A stretch of 64,000 bases of DNA, from the NCBI GenBank assembly GCA_965226375.1, contig CBDDCX010000008.1, positions 1,184,001 through 1,248,000 of the forward strand. Direction: 5' to 3'. Both the position numbers and the translations under genes were made by a program. The first letter of the stretch is position 1; each line of letters opens with the position of its first letter. Origin of the DNA: Longimicrobiales bacterium (GTDB lineage: Bacteria > Gemmatimonadota > Gemmatimonadetes > Longimicrobiales > Gaopeijiaceae). Positions 48,572-58,410 of this stretch are shown in pieces. The notes beneath the pieces are model-generated. The model was not told the origin of the DNA. It saw only the letters and a list, made by a program, of their open reading frames with translations, and searched no databases.

Positions 48572-50389
48572 TCATCGCCCCAGGTACGTGAGGACCCGGG
48601 TCGCCAGCGTGGTACTGAACCCGGGGAGTCGGGCGATTTCTTCGGCGCTGGCCGACTTGACCCCTTTGATCGATCCGAATCGTATCAGAAGGAGCTTCTG
48701 CCTCTCCGGCCCGATGCCAGGGATCTGTGAGAGGTCACTGCGCACGGTTCGCCTCCGCCGCAGCTTGCGATTGTAGGTGACGGCGAACCGGTGCGCCTCA
48801 TCTCGAATGCGCTGGAGCACGTGCAACGCCTTGTCTCGCCGGCCGAGCCGGAAAGGCTCACTCCTCCCCGGGCGGTAGACGAGTTCCTCCCTCTTGGCCA
48901 GCGACGCCAGAGCGACGTCCGTAACACCGAGCTCGGCCAAAGCGCCCTTGGCGGCTCCCAGCTGCCCCTTCCCGCCGTCGATCAGGGCCAAATCCGGAAG
49001 CGGCCGTTCCTCCTCGACCCGACGGCGGAAGTAGCGACTGACCACCTCGGCCATCGACCTATAGTCGTCGTTGCCCCAGTCGCCCTTGATGCGCATGTGG
49101 CGATACTCCGCCTTCTTGGGCTCCGCGTTCTCGAAGACGACGGCGCTCCCCACGGTCTCCGCTCCCTGGATGTGACTGATGTCGAAGCACACCATCAGGC
49201 GGGGCACCACCTTGAGGTCGAGTCGATCACGAAGGTCGTAGAGCACCTCGTCCGCCCGGTCCTGAACTCGCTCTGTGGCCGTCAGTCGATCCTCCAGTGC
49301 GTGGCGGGCGTTGTCACCTGCCAGCTCGGAGAGACGCCTCTTGGCGCCCCTCTGTGGCACGTGGATCGCCACCTTCCGCCCTGCGTCATCCAGGAGGATC
49401 TCCTCGAGGAGATCCATGTCCTCGAACTCGGTCGGAATCAGGATTTCCTTCGGAAGCTGCTGAGCACCCGTGGTGCCCCGCCCGAGGTAGTACCGTGAAG
49501 CGAAGGTCGTGAGGAGCGATGTGTCGCTCTCCTCCTCGATTTCGGAAAACCGGAGCGTATCACGGCCCAGCAGCACCCCACGGCGGATCCTCATCACCAC
49601 GGCCGCCGCGAGGTCCCCATCTCTGGCCAAACCGACCACGTCGTAATCACCACCTCGCAGCTTCTCCACCCGCTGCTGGCGCGCGAGGGCGTCCAACCCG
49701 GAAACGGCGTCGCGCAGGCGGGCGGCACGCTCGAACTCCAAGTCCACCGAAGCCTTGCGCATTTCCTTCTCGACACGCCGGCGTACGTCTTCGGTCTCAC
49801 CGTGGAGGACCTTGAGGATTTCGTCGATCATGGACCCGTACGAGGCCTGATCCTGATAACCGACGCAGGGGGCCAGACACCGACCGATGTGGTAGTCCAG
49901 ACACGGTCTCTCGGGCGCCTCCCGGGGCAGATCATACCGACAGGAGCGCACCGTGTAGAGCCGTTTGATGATCTCGAGAGCTTCTCGCATGGACCCCACC
50001 GAAGTGTAGGGCCCGAAGTAACGGGAGCCGTCATCGTTCAGGGTTCGTGTCACGAAGACGCGCGGGAACGGCTCCTGGATGGTCACTTTGATGTACGGAT
50101 AGCGCTTGTCGTCCCGCAGTTGGATGTTGAAGCGCGGCCGATGCTCTTTGATGAGGTTCGCCTCGAGGATGAGAGCTTCGGCTTCTGAGCCCACGACGAT
50201 CGTCTCGACGTCCTCCACGTGGCGAACCAGCTCTTGCGTCTTCAGGGATTGGCCGGAGGCGCGGAAGTAGCTCCTCACTCGCGGTCTCAGGGACTTGGCC
50301 TTGCCGACGTAGATGATCTCGCCCCCGCCGTCCCTGAAGAGATAGACACCGGGACGCGTCGGGAGCCCTCTGAGTTGATCCTTGATCAC
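48572..50389 (-). CDS. uvrC: Excinuclease ABC subunit UvrC
   Basis: GIY-YIG PGVYLF..IYVGKAKSLR.RV.SYF, UVR domain, CFDISH, LIDGGKGQL, RDEAHRFA, HhH. Confidence 0.97.
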   Translation of the reverse strand: MIKDQLRGLPTRPGVYLFRDGGGEIIYVGKAKSLRPRVRSYFRASGQSLKTQELVRHVEDVETIVVGSEAEALILEANLIKEHRPRFNIQLRDDKRYPYIKVTIQEPFPRVFVTRTLNDDGSRYFGPYTSVGSMREALEIIKRLYTVRSCRYDLPREAPERPCLDYHIGRCLAPCVGYQDQASYGSMIDEILKVLHGETEDVRRRVEKEMRKASVDLEFERAARLRDAVSGLDALARQQRVEKLRGGDYDVVGLARDGDLAAAVVMRIRRGVLLGRDTLRFSEIEEESDTSLLTTFASRYYLGRGTTGAQQLPKEILIPTEFEDMDLLEEILLDDAGRKVAIHVPQRGAKRRLSELAGDNARHALEDRLTATERVQDRADEVLYDLRDRLDLKVVPRLMVCFDISHIQGAETVGSAVVFENAEPKKAEYRHMRIKGDWGNDDYRSMAEVVSRYFRRRVEEERPLPDLALIDGGKGQLGAAKGALAELGVTDVALASLAKREELVYRPGRSEPFRLGRRDKALHVLQRIRDEAHRFAVTYNRKLRRRRTVRSDLSQIPGIGPERQKLLLIRFGSIKGVKSASAEEIARLPGFSTTLATRVLTYLGR

Positions 50390-50411
50390 TGGCCGACCAG
50401 GAAGAGCGAAT

Positions 50412-52085
50412 TCACTGAGTTTCTGTATTGCCCCGAAGTAGACTCTGCGGAGAAACTCCGACGCCGAGCTGCGTGCTCACGACCAAGTATGTTACACCGA
50501 AGACCAACGCAGTCCCCAAAGCGAGGGCCGGCTGGAGGAGCCATGGGGCGGAGTCGGTCATCAGTCGGGTCAGGAGTCCATCGCGGTGGGGTACCGTGGA
50601 CCCCAGGATCCACTTGGCTGCGACGCCCGCTGCCGCCGCAACGGCGCCTGAAATGAGCAGACGGGACCGGACGCCCGATCCGGGTCCATGGTCACCCAGA
50701 GCCCGACTCAGTCGGCTGCGAAGCAGGGCGTACTCCAGCCAGGCGGCCGCAGAGGCGCCTATGGCCAAGCCGACAGCGCCAAAACGGAGCCCCCCCGAGG
50801 CGAAGCGATCGAACGGGAACATCAGTGAAACGCCGATCGCCAACGACACGGCTACCCTCAGATAGGCTATCCGAGCGGGCGTGCGGGTATCGCGCAGCGC
50901 GTAGAAAGCGGTGGAGAGAACCCGAGAGCCCGATGAGGCCAACAGGCCCAGAGAATACGCTGCCAGCACGGCGTAGACCACGGGCGTATCGCCGGCGAGA
51001 AAGCTCCCGCGCTGGTAGATGCCACCGATGAAGAGATCACCCAACACAATGAACGCGAGGGTCGAAGGAATCAGCAGGAAGTGAATGCGCTCGAGGGCCT
51101 TGGAGACTTGAGCCGCCAACTCCTCGGGCGGCCGTGCTCGTTGCCGGGAGAGCTCCGGCAACTCCGACGCCGCGATCGACATGCCGAACAGGGAGATCGG
51201 CAGCAGGTAGAGCGTCTGGGCGTACCCTACGGCGGCCACGGCTCCCTCGACGAGCAGGGCTGCGAGGAACACATCGAGTAGGCTCCCGATGTTCACCACG
51301 CCACGAGCCGCCACCACCGGGACGAAGTTACGGATGGCCTCTGTTACACCCGATGCCGTTCGGTTCAGGGAGAGACGGAACTGAGACAAGAGGGGGACGA
51401 CGAATGGGAGCTGCACCGCCAACTGGAGCACGCCGCCGGCGAAGGCACCCCACGCAACGGCCTCCAGAAGGGTGGCGCCCCTCCAGCCCATTCCAAAGCC
51501 CAACGCCACCATGGTGAGGAGTATGGCCCCATTCCAGGCCATCGGCGCCGCGTAGGAGACGAAGAAGCGGCGGTGGCTGTTGAGAATGGCCAATGCCCAT
51601 GCAGAAATCACGAGCACAGCCGTCATGGGGAAGAGGATCTGAACCACGACGGTGGTCAGGGCGAGTTTTTCGGGATCCCAGCGAAAAAACACAACGGGTA
51701 CCAAGACCGGCGCCAGAAGGATTCCAAGCAAGGCCGCTGTGCCCGCCACCACCATCAATATGCCGAGTACCGCCCCGGCAAAACGCCCTGCCTCCTCTTC
51801 CCTACCCTGTTCGAGGAATTCCGCGTAGACCGGGATGACCGAGGCGCTGAGGGTGCCTTCTCCCAGCAGGTTCTGGATGACGTTGGGCGCCTTCAGGGAA
51901 ACGCGCCAGACATCTGCGAGACCCGTGTTCCCGAAGAAGTAAGCGAAGATAATTTCGCGAACAAAACCGCTGATCCGACTGAAAAAAATACCCGTACCGA
52001 CCATGAAGGCGGCACGGGGACGTCGGCCCACTATGGGATCGGGGCTACGCGTCTGGGTCACCGGAGGTGAGCGCCTCTGGGTCAC
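50412..52085 (-). CDS. murJ: Lipid II flippase MurJ (MviN)
   Basis: SRISGFVRE, PN..QNLLGEGTLSAS.IP, LNSHRRF, LPISLFG, FYALRDTRTP; start uncertain. Confidence 0.93.
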   Translation of the reverse strand: MTQRRSPPVTQTRSPDPIVGRRPRAAFMVGTGIFFSRISGFVREIIFAYFFGNTGLADVWRVSLKAPNVIQNLLGEGTLSASVIPVYAEFLEQGREEEAGRFAGAVLGILMVVAGTAALLGILLAPVLVPVVFFRWDPEKLALTTVVVQILFPMTAVLVISAWALAILNSHRRFFVSYAAPMAWNGAILLTMVALGFGMGWRGATLLEAVAWGAFAGGVLQLAVQLPFVVPLLSQFRLSLNRTASGVTEAIRNFVPVVAARGVVNIGSLLDVFLAALLVEGAVAAVGYAQTLYLLPISLFGMSIAASELPELSRQRARPPEELAAQVSKALERIHFLLIPSTLAFIVLGDLFIGGIYQRGSFLAGDTPVVYAVLAAYSLGLLASSGSRVLSTAFYALRDTRTPARIAYLRVAVSLAIGVSLMFPFDRFASGGLRFGAVGLAIGASAAAWLEYALLRSRLSRALGDHGPGSGVRSRLLISGAVAAAAGVAAKWILGSTVPHRDGLLTRLMTDSAPWLLQPALALGTALVFGVTYLVVSTQLGVGVSPQSLLRGNTETQ

Positions 52086-52347
52086 CGGGCGGACGCGCTT
52101 CGGAAGCCGGTCGGTCCGTAAGCAGCTTGTTCAGGAACTGGCTCTCCTCCTCGAGGCGCCGCACCTCGGACGTCAACCGCTCGAACTCCCCTTCCAGATA
52201 AGACAGCCGTTCCCCCGTCACCTCATCGGTCCCGGATCCGAGGGTTCGTCGCTCGAGGCGTCCCGCAAGCGCCCGCCCCACCGGTGAGTCCAGTACGATG
52301 GCTAGGATCGGAATGAGCAGGACAAGAATAAAAATGAGTTGAAACAT
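52045..52347 (-). CDS. Hypothetical membrane-anchored coiled-coil protein
   Basis: N-terminal TM, DSPVGRALA, coiled coil. Confidence 0.65.
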   Translation of the reverse strand: MFQLIFILVLLIPILAIVLDSPVGRALAGRLERRTLGSGTDEVTGERLSYLEGEFERLTSEVRRLEEESQFLNKLLTDRPASEARPPGDPEALTSGDPDA

Positions 52348-52358
52348 GATCCTTGAAG

Positions 52359-53984
52359 CTACTCCGTCCCATCGGTCAAATCCACCTCGAATCCATCTAC
52401 CAGCGCCTCGATGAACCGGTTCCCGTACCGCGCCAAGTAGTACAGTGGATTGAGGACCCTCTCCTGCGGCTTGCCGTCCGGGAAGAGGTGAAGGTGCGCC
52501 TTTTCCAGTTGCGCGAGGCCGATCTCGTTCTCCCGCTTCACACTCTGCACGATCTTACGCTCAACGTCCTGAAAGGCGGAAAGCGCCGCGTTCCGAGCAT
52601 GGGTCACCGGTCCCTTGAGTGTGGAGTCGATGCTCCGTGCCGCTTTCATGAGTTCTTCCGAGCCCTCCGAGACAGATCCTCTGAGCCGACCCAGAGCGCG
52701 CCGTACGTCCGCAGGTACCTCCTCACGCGCTATCTCGGAGGCGATTTCATGGTAGGGACGCCTGAGATCGTCAGGCTCCAGGTCGAACTTGTCGATGACC
52801 TTGCGGATCTTCGACTCGACGACGGTCACGGCATGTCGTGGAAAGAGCACCGGCATCCGCAGACCGTGCGCTTCGTACAGACGCTTCAACTGTCCGTAAT
52901 ACGCCAACTCTCCCGGCCCGGCCACGTAACTGGCTACCGGAAACACCGTGCTCTCTACAAGAGGGCGGAACAACACATTGGGACTCAAGGCCAAAGGATC
53001 TTCTTGGACCCGAGAGCGGATCTCATCTACGGTCACAGTCTCACCCGAACGATGGAGCTCGAAGCCGTCGGGATGCCTGTACAACCGCTCGCGACCTTCA
53101 GGCCCCTCCAGGAACAAATTCACGCCGCCTTCTAGAATCGGCGCCTGCACTCGATACCCGGCTTTCTCGAGCCTCTCGGCATCCTCGCGCAGAATGCGCT
53201 CGTGTGCCTCGGCGTTGTTCAGCTCGGTAAAGAGCACGTCTCGAGAAGCAGCCTTGAGAGCGGGGTTCGCCGCGTCCGTGAAGAGGACACCCAGAGGTTC
53301 AAAGAAGGCCGCGAGGACGGTGCGAAACCCGTCGGCGAGCGTCGCCTCCGGCGTGTAGGCGTCTCGAATCAACTGGACATACGTTTCCCTAAACTCCGAA
53401 TTGGGAAGGAGTTGCGACACTTCCGCAACCAGTCTGTCGACCTCGGCTCCGAGCGGGACTCGGTGGATGGCACGATTGTCAGATCCGGGGTTCGGCGCCT
53501 GTACATGTGTGAGATGATTGGAGGAGTCGATCAGGTAGGTGTGGTCGGACTCCTCCCAGTCGTGATCCTCGGACGCGATCCAGAACACCGGCAGAACGGG
53601 TCTGTCGAGGATCTCTTCGAGCCGCTTGGCCAGCCGAACGGTGGTGAGCCCCTTATACAGAGAATACAGGGGTCCGCCCAGCAGTCCTGGCTGTTGCCCC
53701 GTAGTGACCACCAAACCCGACCCCTCCACCCAGCGGTCCAGCCGGTCCTGCCCTACCCCACACCGGGTATCCATCGCTTCCAACGCTCGGCAACGCGCCT
53801 CTTGGTCGAAACGCCGATCGATGCTTTCGAGCATCGCCCGGTACGAGGCGGAGTCCTGCCAGGAACCGTTGAAGTACTCCGAGACGGAGGGGTCGCCCTG
53901 GACATATGCATTCACGAAGGGAGAACCGGCGGGCCTCCCTATCAGTAGCTCGAGGTTCAGCCTACCCTCCTCATCCGGATCCAC
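52359..53984 (-). CDS. bshC: Bacillithiol biosynthesis cysteine-adding enzyme BshC
   Basis: VTTGQQPGLLGGPLYSLYK, PVFWIASEDHDWEE, SPNVL.RP, YVAGPGELAYYGQL, PQER. Confidence 0.92.
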   Translation of the reverse strand: MDPDEEGRLNLELLIGRPAGSPFVNAYVQGDPSVSEYFNGSWQDSASYRAMLESIDRRFDQEARCRALEAMDTRCGVGQDRLDRWVEGSGLVVTTGQQPGLLGGPLYSLYKGLTTVRLAKRLEEILDRPVLPVFWIASEDHDWEESDHTYLIDSSNHLTHVQAPNPGSDNRAIHRVPLGAEVDRLVAEVSQLLPNSEFRETYVQLIRDAYTPEATLADGFRTVLAAFFEPLGVLFTDAANPALKAASRDVLFTELNNAEAHERILREDAERLEKAGYRVQAPILEGGVNLFLEGPEGRERLYRHPDGFELHRSGETVTVDEIRSRVQEDPLALSPNVLFRPLVESTVFPVASYVAGPGELAYYGQLKRLYEAHGLRMPVLFPRHAVTVVESKIRKVIDKFDLEPDDLRRPYHEIASEIAREEVPADVRRALGRLRGSVSEGSEELMKAARSIDSTLKGPVTHARNAALSAFQDVERKIVQSVKRENEIGLAQLEKAHLHLFPDGKPQERVLNPLYYLARYGNRFIEALVDGFEVDLTDGTE

Positions 53985-54012
53985 CCATCACCCACCAACA
54001 TGCTCAACACGA

Positions 54013-54492
54013 TCACCTGCCCCCTTTGTGATACGGCTCGTTTCTCACGATGGTCCCGGCCCGGTAGAGCTGTTCGGCCAACACTAGCCGTGCAAGCTCA
54101 TGCGGAAGAGTGCCCGCCGAAAGGGCCAACGTGCGATTCGCCCGTTTCATTACCCCCGCACCGAGGCCGAACGCGCCCCCCACGACGAAGGTCACGTCGG
54201 GAACCGACCGTAACGCCAGACTCTCGAGATAACGCGCGAGCTCGCTCGAGGTCATTGCCGTTCCGGCCCGACTCAGGGCAATGACCTCCGCCCAGTCCGG
54301 CAACTTCTTCAGGATCGACCCTTCCTCCGTCCTGACGACCCGCCCCGCATCTCCCTTGCCCTTCCCTGACGTGCCGGAGGGAAGTTCGATCACGCGCAAC
54401 TTCCAGTACCGCTTGGCCCGAGTCTCGTACTCCTCGATGGCGGATCTCAGTGTGGACCCGGCACGTCCGACGACGACGACCGTGATGGTCAT
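54013..54492 (-). CDS. rlmH: 23S rRNA (pseudouridine-1915-N3)-methyltransferase RlmH
   Basis: FVVGGAFGL, LALS..TLPHELARLVLAEQLYRA.TI...EPYHK; ATG overlaps the lpxK stop. Confidence 0.93.
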   Translation of the reverse strand: MTITVVVVGRAGSTLRSAIEEYETRAKRYWKLRVIELPSGTSGKGKGDAGRVVRTEEGSILKKLPDWAEVIALSRAGTAMTSSELARYLESLALRSVPDVTFVVGGAFGLGAGVMKRANRTLALSAGTLPHELARLVLAEQLYRAGTIVRNEPYHKGGR

Positions 54493-55487
54493 TCGAGCAC
54501 ATCCTCGATCAGGACCATGACGTCGTCGAGGCCACATTCCCACGTCAAACGCGAACGAAACACGTACGTCTTGGGCAGCACGCCAGAAAAATCCCTCAGT
54601 TTCACCGCGTCCTTTTCGGTGATCACAATAGCACGCCCACGCGACTCCTTCGCGATCCGCCGTAGGTCGGTCTGGCGGAACTCGTGGTGATCGGGAAAGG
54701 CCAGACTCCCCACTGTACTCGATGTATGCGCCTCTATCATCTCCCGGAAGAACTCGGGCTCGGCCACGCTGGTCACGGCAAGGAGCCCGTCGTCCTGCGG
54801 AGGTGGCAGGGGTGCACCTCCGAGATCGGCCCATCCCGCAGCCTCGAACACGACGTGCGCACGAACACCTTCCAAGGCCACCTCCTCTGCGACGCGGTCG
54901 GCCTCGGCACGGCTCGCCACCTTGCGGGTGACGACCACGACGTCAGCTCTCTCGAGCGATGTAAACCCCTCCCGAAGCCGCCCCCTGGGCAAAAGGGCCC
55001 GCCGCGTGCCGTGCTCGGCCGACACCAGCACGATGTCCACGTGCCTTGCGATGGCACGATGCTGGAACGCATCGTCGAGTACGGCCACGTCGGCTCCCCG
55101 CTCGGCGGCCAGCGCGACACCCCTGACCCGCTCCGGGTCCACGACGAGGATGGCGCTCGGATTCCATGCGCGGTGCAGCTCCACCTCGTCCGACCCATAA
55201 CCCCGGGTCACGAGAGCCGGGCGGTGACCCATATCTTGGAGGTGGGAAACCAACCAGCCCGCCAAGGGGGTCTTGCCCGTTCCTCCCACGGCCAGGTTGC
55301 CTACGGAGATGACCGGAATCGGTGGTTCGGAAATCGGCAACACTCCAAGGTCGTACGCGCGGTTCCGCATACGGACTGCGGCGCTGTAGAGCAGCTCCAA
55401 GGGGAAGAGCACGGCGCTCGCAATCACGCCCGAAGCACCCGCCTCCCCACTCCACAACCGCCTCAACCAAGCCCGCATGGTGCTCAT
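54489..55487 (-). CDS. lpxK: Tetraacyldisaccharide 4'-kinase
   Basis: PVISVGNLAVGGTGKTP, TRGYG, LDDAFQH, LLP.G.LRE, FPDHH, TEKDAVK. Confidence 0.95.
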   Translation of the reverse strand: MSTMRAWLRRLWSGEAGASGVIASAVLFPLELLYSAAVRMRNRAYDLGVLPISEPPIPVISVGNLAVGGTGKTPLAGWLVSHLQDMGHRPALVTRGYGSDEVELHRAWNPSAILVVDPERVRGVALAAERGADVAVLDDAFQHRAIARHVDIVLVSAEHGTRRALLPRGRLREGFTSLERADVVVVTRKVASRAEADRVAEEVALEGVRAHVVFEAAGWADLGGAPLPPPQDDGLLAVTSVAEPEFFREMIEAHTSSTVGSLAFPDHHEFRQTDLRRIAKESRGRAIVITEKDAVKLRDFSGVLPKTYVFRSRLTWECGLDDVMVLIEDVLE

Positions 55488-56143
55488 GAGGGGACCTGGT
55501 CACCGACCCGCACCGACAGATCCATCAGGGACTGAGTCAGCGTTTGCGCTGCCCTGTCGATTTCTTCTTGATCGGCATCCCTCCGAACGAAGCATGGCGG
55601 TCCGTAGGCGACGCGAATGGTCGAGAAGGGTCTAGGCACCAGAAACCGATCCCAGCTGGCGGCCAGCCAGCCCGCATCAGCCCCTACACCGATGGGAATG
55701 AGCGGGAGGCCCGTCATGCGAGCCACTGCGAGAACCCCGGGCTTCAGTTCCCGGTCGGGGCCTCGTGGGCCATCGGGTGCCACCGCAAGGTCATGGCCGT
55801 TCCGCGCCGCCCGAATGAGCCCCCTCAGGCCACGCATCCCTCCGCGAGTGCTCGACCCCCTCACCGTGCCGAAGCCGAAACGTTCGAGAATGCGCGATAT
55901 GTATTCCCCATCCCCGTGTTCGCTCACGAGTACTACGGTTTGCTGCCTTCGGTGTACGTGGATCAACGGAAGAAGACGCCCGTGCCAGAAGACGAAGATG
56001 ACCGGAGTTCCGGAATCCCGGAACGAAGAGAGGTGTTCCTCTCCCATGGTTTGCACACGCACAGTCAGGAAGAGGGACCCGACCAGGCCCTGTCCTAGTA
56101 CTCCGGCGGCGGAGTACCGCAGTCCCGATATGTGCCTCTTCAC
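55484..56143 (-). CDS. DUF374 lysophospholipid acyltransferase family (LpxJ-like)
   Basis: FWHGRL, VSEHGDGE, VRGSSTRGG, PDGPRGP, SWDRF.VP.PF. Confidence 0.85.
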   Translation of the reverse strand: MKRHISGLRYSAAGVLGQGLVGSLFLTVRVQTMGEEHLSSFRDSGTPVIFVFWHGRLLPLIHVHRRQQTVVLVSEHGDGEYISRILERFGFGTVRGSSTRGGMRGLRGLIRAARNGHDLAVAPDGPRGPDRELKPGVLAVARMTGLPLIPIGVGADAGWLAASWDRFLVPRPFSTIRVAYGPPCFVRRDADQEEIDRAAQTLTQSLMDLSVRVGDQVPS

Positions 56144-57369
56144 GTGTCCGCCAATATCTCGACCGCCAACTCGGCTACCCGTCCGGAGGCGCCGGGCTCA
56201 CCGAGCGCGCCACGCACTCGTTCGAGTCCCCGCACCATATGCTCCCGTGCGGTGGAGTCGAGATCGAGGAGCGGCCGGAGCAATGAGGCGAGGTGGTCGG
56301 CCGTGGCCGAGCCCTGGAGCACCTCCGGCACCACGTCCTCTCCCGCCACCAGGTTGGCGAGCGCCACCCGGTCGACCCGGACCAAACGACGGGCAAGCAT
56401 ATACGTGATCGGGTGCGTCCGATACACGGTGACGAACGGCGTGCGCTGCAGTGTCGCTTCCAGAGTAGTCGTGCCCGACTTGACCAGGGCCGCCCTGGCG
56501 TGGGCAAGGAGGCTGTGAGCGTCGTCCACAAAAGGCAGACCGGACTCCTGGAACACCGATGCGGGAATCGGCGACGCCTTGGCCCAAACCAATTGGAGAC
56601 CGGGCCCGGTCTCCTGCAAACGACGACCGGTCTCGAGAAAGAGCTCCCGGTGTCTGGTGAGCTCCTGGGGTCGGGATCCGGGAAACAGGGCCAGGATCGG
56701 CCGCTCGGGATCGAGACTCCAGCGGCGACAGAATTGAAGAGCGTCGGGCTCGGGCACCTCCTGCTCCAACAAAGGGTGACCGACGAACGTGACGTGAGCA
56801 CCCGCCTTCTGGAAGACGTCGACCTCGAACGGCAGTATCACGGCCAGGCGATCACAGTCCTCGGCCAGACGTCGGGCCCGACCGGGCTTCCAGGCCCACA
56901 CCTGCGGCGCGATGTAGTACAGCACCCGAATGTCCCGGCGCCGCGCCGCCCTCGCAATTCGGAGGTTGAAGCCGGGATAGTCGATGGGAAGAACCAGATC
57001 GATGTCGCCGCGATCGAGCAGGGCCAAGACACGACGTTCCAGGCGGTAGAAGAACGGTAGGTGTGTAAGTACTTCGGCAAAACCCATCACCGCGAGTCGA
57101 TCGAGCCCGACCAGGAGTTCCACACCCTCGGCCCGCATGGCCTCGCCTCCCAGACCCAGGAGGCGACATCCGGGCCATCGTGCCCTCAGGGCTCGAGCGA
57201 CACCTGCACCGTGCTGGTCCCCAGAAGCCTCCCCGGCAAGCATGAGGATCGTGGGCGTTTGGTCAGGGTGCCTCAGAATCCGACACCCAGATACCAGATC
57301 ACTATGAGAAGGATCATCAGGAGGAAGACGAGCTGTTTCGGCGGCAGCCCCTTCTTCTCGTCGATCCAA
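56140..57369 (-). CDS. lpxB: Lipid-A-disaccharide synthase
   Basis: AGEASGD, VMGFAEV, IDYPGFN, YYIAPQVWAW, FVGHPL, FPGSR, KSGTTTLE; start uncertain. Confidence 0.95.
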   Translation of the reverse strand: MDRREEGAAAETARLPPDDPSHSDLVSGCRILRHPDQTPTILMLAGEASGDQHGAGVARALRARWPGCRLLGLGGEAMRAEGVELLVGLDRLAVMGFAEVLTHLPFFYRLERRVLALLDRGDIDLVLPIDYPGFNLRIARAARRRDIRVLYYIAPQVWAWKPGRARRLAEDCDRLAVILPFEVDVFQKAGAHVTFVGHPLLEQEVPEPDALQFCRRWSLDPERPILALFPGSRPQELTRHRELFLETGRRLQETGPGLQLVWAKASPIPASVFQESGLPFVDDAHSLLAHARAALVKSGTTTLEATLQRTPFVTVYRTHPITYMLARRLVRVDRVALANLVAGEDVVPEVLQGSATADHLASLLRPLLDLDSTAREHMVRGLERVRGALGEPGASGRVAELAVEILADT

Positions 57370-57381
57370 TTCTTCTTCCGG

Positions 57382-58410
57382 TCACGCCTTACGCGTATCA
57401 GTGACATGGGTCTCGATGCGCTCCTCGATCAATAGGGATATCGCCAGGGCAGAGCGTCCTTCTTCACCGTTCACCGCAGGTACCCCAAGCCCCGCGATAG
57501 CGTCGCGGAAGTTTTCCAGTTCCTTGGCCAACGGCTCCGCACCGTCGCCCTGAAGCGGAATCCGCTCCACGATATTGGCGAGCCCACCCTCGGGCGGTAT
57601 CTCCATGTCCCCCTCGGAGAACAGTGGCAAATCCTGCTTGAGCTTGAGGAACTCACCGGTCCCCTCGGCGAGGTTGAGGCTGAGGTACCCCGACTTCTGG
57701 AAGATGCGAAGCTTCCGCATCCGCTCTGTCGATACCCGACTAGCCGTGAGATTCGCCACGACACCACCCTCGAATCCAAGGCGGGCGTTCGCAATGTCGA
57801 CATTGGGAGTCAGTACCGGAATCCCGGTGGCCGCGACGTCCACGATGGGCCTCCCCACCAGACTCTGCACCAGATCGACGTCATGGATCATCAGATCCAG
57901 GACGACCGCCACATCGATGCTCCTCGGAACGAAGGGAGCGAGCCTGTGCGATTCGATGAAAAGAGGTGCTTGAAGAAAGGGTTCCGCGGCCCTGATGGCC
58001 GCATTGAATCGCTCGACGTGCCCGACCTGGACCACCGCGCCACTCGACTCGGCCGCTTCCAGTATTCGGTCGGCCGCTTCGAGAGATGGAGCCATGGGCT
58101 TCTCCACCAGCACGCCCACACCTCTCTCCAACGCCGCAACAGCCACAGCCTCATGCTCCACGGTGGGCACTGCCACCACGATCCCGTCCGCACCGTCGAG
58201 AAGTGAGTCCAAGCCGGTGTGGACCTCCACGTCCAGCTCCCGGCCTACCTCTTGGGCCCGATCCGAATCCACATCGCAGACACCCGCCATGCGGACACCG
58301 TCGAGCGAGGCGAGAATTCGGGCATGGTGATAGCCTAGGCTCCCTACGCCTGCGACACCGATAGCGGGAGTCTCTGAAGACGACCCGCTAGGTCGTGATG
58401 CCACGCTCAC
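57382..58410 (-). CDS. Gfo/Idh/MocA oxidoreductase (GnnA-like)
   Basis: GVGSLG..H, VEKP, QVGHVERFN, VVLDLMIHD.D, ANLTASRVS; located between lpxA and lpxB. Confidence 0.8.
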   Translation of the reverse strand: MSVASRPSGSSSETPAIGVAGVGSLGYHHARILASLDGVRMAGVCDVDSDRAQEVGRELDVEVHTGLDSLLDGADGIVVAVPTVEHEAVAVAALERGVGVLVEKPMAPSLEAADRILEAAESSGAVVQVGHVERFNAAIRAAEPFLQAPLFIESHRLAPFVPRSIDVAVVLDLMIHDVDLVQSLVGRPIVDVAATGIPVLTPNVDIANARLGFEGGVVANLTASRVSTERMRKLRIFQKSGYLSLNLAEGTGEFLKLKQDLPLFSEGDMEIPPEGGLANIVERIPLQGDGAEPLAKELENFRDAIAGLGVPAVNGEEGRSALAISLLIEERIETHVTDTRKA

